A DNA stretch of 29,053 bases from IMG/VR virus record IMGVR_UViG_3300033067_000430, positions 1 through 29,053 of that record; one strand, given 5' to 3'. Position numbers and translations under genes: made by a program. The DNA is from a virus (taxonomy: Duplodnaviria > Caudoviricetes). Under the pieces are notes generated by a model. It saw nothing but the letters and a program-made list of their open reading frames with translations. It did not search any database and was not told where the DNA came from. Below are positions 24,047 to 29,053 of this stretch, in pieces. The stretch's first letter is position 1. Each line of letters starts with the position of its first letter.

Positions 24047-24414
24047 CAAACCCGGACAAGACGCCAGAAGAATTGGCCACAGCGGTTATGCGGCGACTGG
24101 GCCTGATCGATTTGCGCAAGCAGCCTAGTGCGCAGGAGCAGGCACACATCACCGATATCTATCTGGACAAGCACGAAGAGCTTTCGCACCAGAATTTGGT
24201 GTATTGGCCGACGACAGCGATTCCGCGCGCCGTGTTTGGTGCCATCACGCGTATCGTTGCTGAAGAGTTCTGCACCAGCGTCGGCCGGGATATACCAGTT
24301 GAGCAAGACGACGACGGCCAGCAGATGAGCATCGGAAATCATGGCCTACGTATGCTGCGCGCACTCATGGCGCGAGATGCGACGGGGCTCCCGATTAAAG
24401 CGGCGTACTTCTAG
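24043..24414 (+). CDS. head-to-tail adaptor (P22 gp4-like)
   Basis: T..ELATAVMRRLGLI....PSA helical N-terminus, IPRAVFGAI..IVAEE, ends in YF; expected position. Confidence 0.7.
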   Translation: MTNPDKTPEELATAVMRRLGLIDLRKQPSAQEQAHITDIYLDKHEELSHQNLVYWPTTAIPRAVFGAITRIVAEEFCTSVGRDIPVEQDDDGQQMSIGNHGLRMLRALMARDATGLPIKAAYF

Positions 24415-24416
24415 GC

Positions 24417-24956
24417 ATGGCGATTGTTCTTCCTGCTCCGTCCGCCAGCTTTATTGGTCCAGACGGGCGCCCCGTTCATGATTGGTACGCCATCCTCCAG
24501 CAGTGGGCTGAAGCCTTCAACGCAACGGCGAACACGGGCAATAGCAGCGCCACCGACCTTGCGGCCCTACAGACAACCGTCGCAGAGTTGCCCGCAAGCA
24601 TTGTCGAGATGGAAGCGGCGGCCTCGGTAGCGAAATTCGTGTCTCCCGGCCGTGCCCATCGACACCCCGGAGTTGCCAAGGCCACCCTTAAGTGCGGCGT
24701 GGCTGCTGACATTCAAACCTCTTACGGCGTGACTTCTCTCGTTGATACGGGGACGGGGCGCGTGACTGTGAACTTCACGACATCGTTCTCGTCTGCCGAC
24801 TACACGATTGCGGCCTCCGCCCTCAACTCGACGGCGCGCGTTGTAACCGTCGAGTCGCAGGCGGCTGGCTCAGTTGGACTGCTTGCGACGGATGCTGCAG
24901 CGCCATCGACTGGTGACCCGACCAACTACTTTGTTTCCGCCTTCGGTGACCTATGA
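24417..24956 (+). CDS. probable tail needle with C-terminal knob (P22 gp26 analogue)
   Basis: N-terminal P....DGRP..DWY motif, short coiled coil, then fibre-knob-like SYGVTSLVDTGTG.VTVNF. Confidence 0.55.
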   Translation: MAIVLPAPSASFIGPDGRPVHDWYAILQQWAEAFNATANTGNSSATDLAALQTTVAELPASIVEMEAAASVAKFVSPGRAHRHPGVAKATLKCGVAADIQTSYGVTSLVDTGTGRVTVNFTTSFSSADYTIAASALNSTARVVTVESQAAGSVGLLATDAAAPSTGDPTNYFVSAFGDL

Positions 24957-25174
24957 ACCGTGATGAAGTTCTGGCCGCCATGCTGGTTGCCGGATTGATT
25001 GGGCCTCGGGTTTTGTTGCACCGGACAGCAACCGGGAACGTCGAGTTCCTTCTGACGTGTGGCCTGCCCGAAGCCCGGCGCACAAAGGCAATCTCGGTGG
25101 CGGGCAAGAAATCCTGCAAAGCCTCCAAGGCCGACGTGGACGCTGCAATCTCACTCTTGGGCGCGAATGGCTGA
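24953..25174 (+). CDS. hypothetical protein
   Basis: Overlaps both neighbouring genes by a few bases. Confidence 0.5.
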   Translation: MNRDEVLAAMLVAGLIGPRVLLHRTATGNVEFLLTCGLPEARRTKAISVAGKKSCKASKADVDAAISLLGANG

Positions 25175-26621
25175 ACCTATCCCCATCTCTCTTGGCCAAG
25201 GTTCCAACAAGGGCCGATATGGTCAGGAAGGCCTCACAGAGTTCGTCAACGTCTATGCCGAAAGGCTTGGCGAGGGCGGCAAGGTCGAGTGGCCTATTCA
25301 CGCCATCAACGGATTGAGCACCTTTGCAACGCTGACGGGTGGCGGGGCGGTTCGCGGTGTCCTGGCTGTAGACGATACGCTCTTGGCCGTCTCTGGGCGG
25401 CGCATGTATGCAACAAACATCTTTGGCAGTCCGGTCACAGACGTTGGCGGCATTCCGTCTGACGGCTTCGTCACGATGGCGCGAAACCGTAAAACGCCCA
25501 ACCCGCAAGTTGTGGTTGTCGCGTCTGGCGAATGGTTCATCTACCAGGCCGGAACGGTTACGCAGGGGGCTGATCCCGATCTCCCGCCGCCCGTCTGCGT
25601 GGTGGAGATCGACGGCTATTTTGTCTTCCCCACGAGTGATGGCCGCTGGTTCATTTCCTCCGTGGATGATGTGACTATCGATGGGCTTGACTTCACGGCG
25701 GCGCAATCAAGCCCTGATGCCAATGTGATGGCGGCGGTGCGCGGGCGGGAGCTGGTCATCTTCGGCCAGCGGTCGATGGAATTCTACGTCAACAACGCCG
25801 CATCAGAAGATTTTCCCTTTTCCCGCGTTCAGGCGGTCTCCATGGGGTGCTACGCGGGCGGGACGGTTGCCAAGATCGTTCTGCAGCCTACGGGCGGATC
25901 GGCCGCTGACAGCCTGATTTGGGCCGCTACGGACCACAAGGGCGGGTTCTCAGGGGTTCATGTTCTCAACGGCTATTCTGGGACGAAGATTTCAACAGCC
26001 GAGATTGACAGGCTAATCCGAGACGAAACCGACGTATCAGCCCTGCGTGCGATGGCATGGACTGAAGATGGGCACGCCTTCTACTGCATCAGCGGAACCA
26101 GCTTCAGCATGTGCTGGGATTCCGGCACCGGCCAGTGGCATGCGCGGAAGAGTTACGAACTCGACCGCTGGCGCCCGTCCTGCCACGCCCAAATTGGGCA
26201 GAAGCACGTCTTCGGGGACTACGCGAGCAACGTTCTTTACGTCTCAAACCCGGCAACCCTCACTGACGCTGGGGAAAGCATTGTTGCCAGCATCACTCTC
26301 CCGACCGTGCATATGGGTGCCAATCCGTTTCGCGTTAGCGCCGTCCATATCGATGCGTTGACGGGCGTTGGTACGGTGACTGGGGCGGCCTCCGACACGT
26401 CTCCGCAGATGATGCTGAGTTATTCCGACGATGGCGGGGCCAGCTTTGGAGGCGAGCGCATGATTGATTTGGGCGAAACCGCTCAACGTCATGTGCGCAT
26501 CAAGGAACTGGCCTTTGGCCGGTTTGATACCAACGGCGTAATCTTCCGGCTTTCGTGGTCTGCGAACGTGGTTAAGGGTGTGTTGGGCATGTCCATTGAA
26601 GCCGATAAACTGAGGGCATAG
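25167..26621 (+). CDS. tail hub / DNA stabilisation protein (P22 gp10-like)
   Basis: Beta-propeller features: IDGYFVF, AAQSSPD, IFGQRSMEFY, EDGHAFY, QWHAR, LSYSDDGG. ATG at 25167. Confidence 0.85.
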   Translation: MAEPIPISLGQGSNKGRYGQEGLTEFVNVYAERLGEGGKVEWPIHAINGLSTFATLTGGGAVRGVLAVDDTLLAVSGRRMYATNIFGSPVTDVGGIPSDGFVTMARNRKTPNPQVVVVASGEWFIYQAGTVTQGADPDLPPPVCVVEIDGYFVFPTSDGRWFISSVDDVTIDGLDFTAAQSSPDANVMAAVRGRELVIFGQRSMEFYVNNAASEDFPFSRVQAVSMGCYAGGTVAKIVLQPTGGSAADSLIWAATDHKGGFSGVHVLNGYSGTKISTAEIDRLIRDETDVSALRAMAWTEDGHAFYCISGTSFSMCWDSGTGQWHARKSYELDRWRPSCHAQIGQKHVFGDYASNVLYVSNPATLTDAGESIVASITLPTVHMGANPFRVSAVHIDALTGVGTVTGAASDTSPQMMLSYSDDGGASFGGERMIDLGETAQRHVRIKELAFGRFDTNGVIFRLSWSANVVKGVLGMSIEADKLRA

Positions 26622-26623
26622 CA

Positions 26624-27307
26624 ATGAGCTTTCTGGGTGGGTTGATCGACAGCTTCACGGGCGAAGGCGCTAAGCGTAACATCCAAGAGGGGATGGACAA
26701 GAGTGCGTCCGCCCTGCAGCAGGGACGCGACCAGCAAACGAGCGCCATCCAAGGTGCTGGCACCGAAGCGCGGGGATACTATTCGCCATACGTAGCGGGC
26801 GGGCAGAAGTCTTATGGGCTTTACAACGACACGTTGGGCGTCAATGGCGCCGAAGCCCGCCAGAACGCGCAGAACATTTACAACTCTGACGACATGTTGG
26901 CCCAGAACCGGGCCTATGATCTCAAGCGCTCGGGCTGGCAAAAGAATGCCTCGGGTGATTTCAACAGTGGGACTGCGGCTCTTGCTGACAGTCGCGTCCG
27001 CATGCGTGGATATGGCGACTGGCAGAACCGTTTGATGCAGGGCGGCCAGACGGGGCTGCAGGCGGCCTCAGGCGCGGCAGGCGTCGCCCAGAACGAAGGA
27101 AACGCGCTTGCTGGCGCCTATGGCGGTTATGGGCGTGATCTCGCCAACGTATACTCGCAGGGCTACGGCGGGCTTGCGCAGGCCAACAACACATTCGCAC
27201 AGAACCTGATCGGAACGGCTGGCACGCTGGTCCGCGCGTTCAACCCGCTTGGTGGCATCAACTACATCTCTCCCAACGGCGGCAGCGCACAAGGCGGAAA
27301 GCCCTAA
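26624..27307 (+). CDS. DNA ejection/pilot protein (P22 gp7-like)
   Basis: G/A/Q-rich; YYSPYVAGG and SG..NSG motifs; follows the hub gene. Confidence 0.75.
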   Translation: MSFLGGLIDSFTGEGAKRNIQEGMDKSASALQQGRDQQTSAIQGAGTEARGYYSPYVAGGQKSYGLYNDTLGVNGAEARQNAQNIYNSDDMLAQNRAYDLKRSGWQKNASGDFNSGTAALADSRVRMRGYGDWQNRLMQGGQTGLQAASGAAGVAQNEGNALAGAYGGYGRDLANVYSQGYGGLAQANNTFAQNLIGTAGTLVRAFNPLGGINYISPNGGSAQGGKP

Positions 27308-27310
27308 GCC

Positions 27311-28789
27311 ATGGCCAATCCCTACGCCCTAGACTTCAATCCGCTGGCATCAGCGATCACAGACAACCAGCAGCTTGACCTGGCAAGGAATAGACTTGCC
27401 ATGGATCAGAAGAGGCTGGGGTTTGAGGAGCAGCGGCTTGGATTCGAAACGGAGCTACAGCCGTTTCGCGTACAGGGCGCGAAGCTGAACAACCAGCAGG
27501 CTGAGCAGGGCATCAAGACTGGGCGACTTGAGTACGAGAACGCCGTAGGGAAGACCTTTGGTGGCGTTGCTCAGAACATTTCGGAGCGGCTTGCCAAGAA
27601 CCCGAACGACGCAAGCGCAATTGCCGACTGGAACGCATGGGCCAACCATCCGCAGTATCGCGACTATTTCGCAAGCAAAGGCATTCCGGCCAATGACCCG
27701 TTGCGGGGCTCGCAGGCCGTGCTGATGCATGTGCGCGGGTTCCAGGACCCACTTGTAGCGGAAGCAAAGCAGGCGGAAATCGCAAAGGACAAGGCGCAGG
27801 CTGGTCTGTTCACCTCGCAGGCGACTGCGGGCAGGTTTGTGCCGCTGCCGGAAAAATCTCGCGGCGTCCTTGACGCGAAGACGGGCAGGATCATTGGTGC
27901 CGAGACCGCTGACCGCACCCAGCAGCAGTTTGATGAGAACTACGCGAAAGAGGTGGCTCCGAAAGCGTATCAAGAGGCCTCAAAGGCATACGCCGACGCC
28001 AATGACGCGCACATGACGTACAAGACCATGCTGGACTTGGCGCCCTACGCAAAAACTGGCTTCACAGGTCCAGTGCCCCCGGAGGCAATGCTGACGCTGC
28101 GCAAGATAGGCGCATCGATGGGCGTGTTGAACGCCGATACCATTGCGCCGACTGAAATCTACAAAGTGCTGGCGCAGAAAGGTGTGTTCGAACTTACCAA
28201 GTCACTGAAGCCAGCCTCCAACCTTGATATGATCGCGAGCGAAAAGGCAACGGCCAGCCTGCAGTCAGATCCGACCACACTCCCCGTCGTTCTGCCGATG
28301 CTCATGCGCATCCAGCAGCGTTCTATGATGTTGCGCCAAGCAGAAATGGAGGCCTACAAGTCCGGTCGCCCTCCAAACACCAGCGCCATCATGGCAGAAA
28401 TAGACAAGCGCTTGCCTCTTATGAATATCAACGGCCAAGCGGGTCAAATTGACGGCCAGGCCGGAGGCCCCCGCGTCAATAAGGCCGATACTGACCGCCT
28501 TCCGCAACCAGGTCAGCCGCAGCCGGAAGCGCCGATGCAGGCGCAGGGATGGACACCTGAGCAATTCGCGCAGGCTCCAGACGGCACCAAGACGCCGAAT
28601 GGGAAATTTATCAAGCGCGGTGGCACCCTTGTCCCTGTTGGTCCCGCAGGTACGCGTGATAATCCCCGCGAATACTCCCTCTTCGGCGGAGAAGAGCCCG
28701 CAGAAGGCGACTTCGTGCAATGGAACGGTAAGATTTACCAGAAGCGCGGAACGGGCTGGCGCAGCTTGGTTCCGGTGCAGGGGCAGTAA
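27311..28789 (+). CDS. DNA ejection / internal virion protein (gp20 position)
   Basis: Helical, A/Q-rich, 492 aa; positional call. Confidence 0.65.
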   Translation: MANPYALDFNPLASAITDNQQLDLARNRLAMDQKRLGFEEQRLGFETELQPFRVQGAKLNNQQAEQGIKTGRLEYENAVGKTFGGVAQNISERLAKNPNDASAIADWNAWANHPQYRDYFASKGIPANDPLRGSQAVLMHVRGFQDPLVAEAKQAEIAKDKAQAGLFTSQATAGRFVPLPEKSRGVLDAKTGRIIGAETADRTQQQFDENYAKEVAPKAYQEASKAYADANDAHMTYKTMLDLAPYAKTGFTGPVPPEAMLTLRKIGASMGVLNADTIAPTEIYKVLAQKGVFELTKSLKPASNLDMIASEKATASLQSDPTTLPVVLPMLMRIQQRSMMLRQAEMEAYKSGRPPNTSAIMAEIDKRLPLMNINGQAGQIDGQAGGPRVNKADTDRLPQPGQPQPEAPMQAQGWTPEQFAQAPDGTKTPNGKFIKRGGTLVPVGPAGTRDNPREYSLFGGEEPAEGDFVQWNGKIYQKRGTGWRSLVPVQGQ

Positions 28790-28792
28790 TAC

Positions 28793-29053
28793 ATGGCTGA
28801 TGCGATCGACGTTGGCGGCCTGACGCCTGAGCAGCTTGCGGAGCTCACGGGCGCTCCGCCCCCCGTTCAGCAGGCGCAGCAAGCCCAGACGGGGCCGATT
28901 GATGTCTCGCGCATGTCGGCTCAGCAGCTTGCGGAACTTACTGGTGGAGAAGTTGCGCCCGGAACGAACCTCACGTCGAATGCAGAAGCCGCCGCCCGAC
29001 TGTTCTATAAGCATCTGACCTTTGGGACTGAGCCCTTCGCAGACAAGGCCCGC
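28793..29053 (+). CDS. large ejection / internal virion protein (3'-partial)
   Basis: ATG at 28793, open to the window end: MADAIDVGGLTPEQLAELTG...IDVSRMSAQQLAELTGG...KHLTFG. Confidence 0.7.
   Translation, partial: MADAIDVGGLTPEQLAELTGAPPPVQQAQQAQTGPIDVSRMSAQQLAELTGGEVAPGTNLTSNAEAAARLFYKHLTFGTEPFADKAR

Noticed and set aside
25059-25166. Extended starts for the hub gene (and similarly at 22943, 6866, 5096, 932 and 639)
   Set aside because: They overlap upstream genes, while downstream ATGs show normal coupling or an SD.
1-29053. Integrase/att, repressor, lysis cassette, tRNA, DGR reverse transcriptase, introns or inteins
   Set aside because: None recognised in this window, so lifestyle cannot be fixed from it. 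The TerL break has no intervening sequence, which excludes an intron.

Overview
A 29-kb, almost entirely + strand piece of a tailed dsDNA phage or prophage with a P22-like podovirus morphogenesis module. The host is probably an alphaproteobacterium, judged from a GcrA homologue, an Omp25/RopB-like porin and a DUF5681-type small terminase. Gene order: gcrA-like gene; membrane/HTH genes; a structured leader with a putative antisense RNA; a lambda-O-like initiator with internal iterons; a Twinkle/T7 gp4-like primase-helicase whose zinc finger is in another frame; accessory genes including a porin; a NusG-like antiterminator and a ~480-nt structured late leader; TerS; a TerL split into two ORFs; portal; scaffold; N4-gp56-type major capsid; about 15 decoration/fibre genes; adaptor, needle and gp10-like hub; three ejection proteins, the last truncated. 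Best leads: (1) plasmid-style antisense replication control with two UUGGCG loops, (2) two matching parS-variant sites, (3) pseudoknots that cover the scaffold RBS, (4) a two-module 'thread + bead + tip' fibre system, (5) split TerL and split primase-helicase. Family calls come from motifs recognised by eye; no database searches were run.
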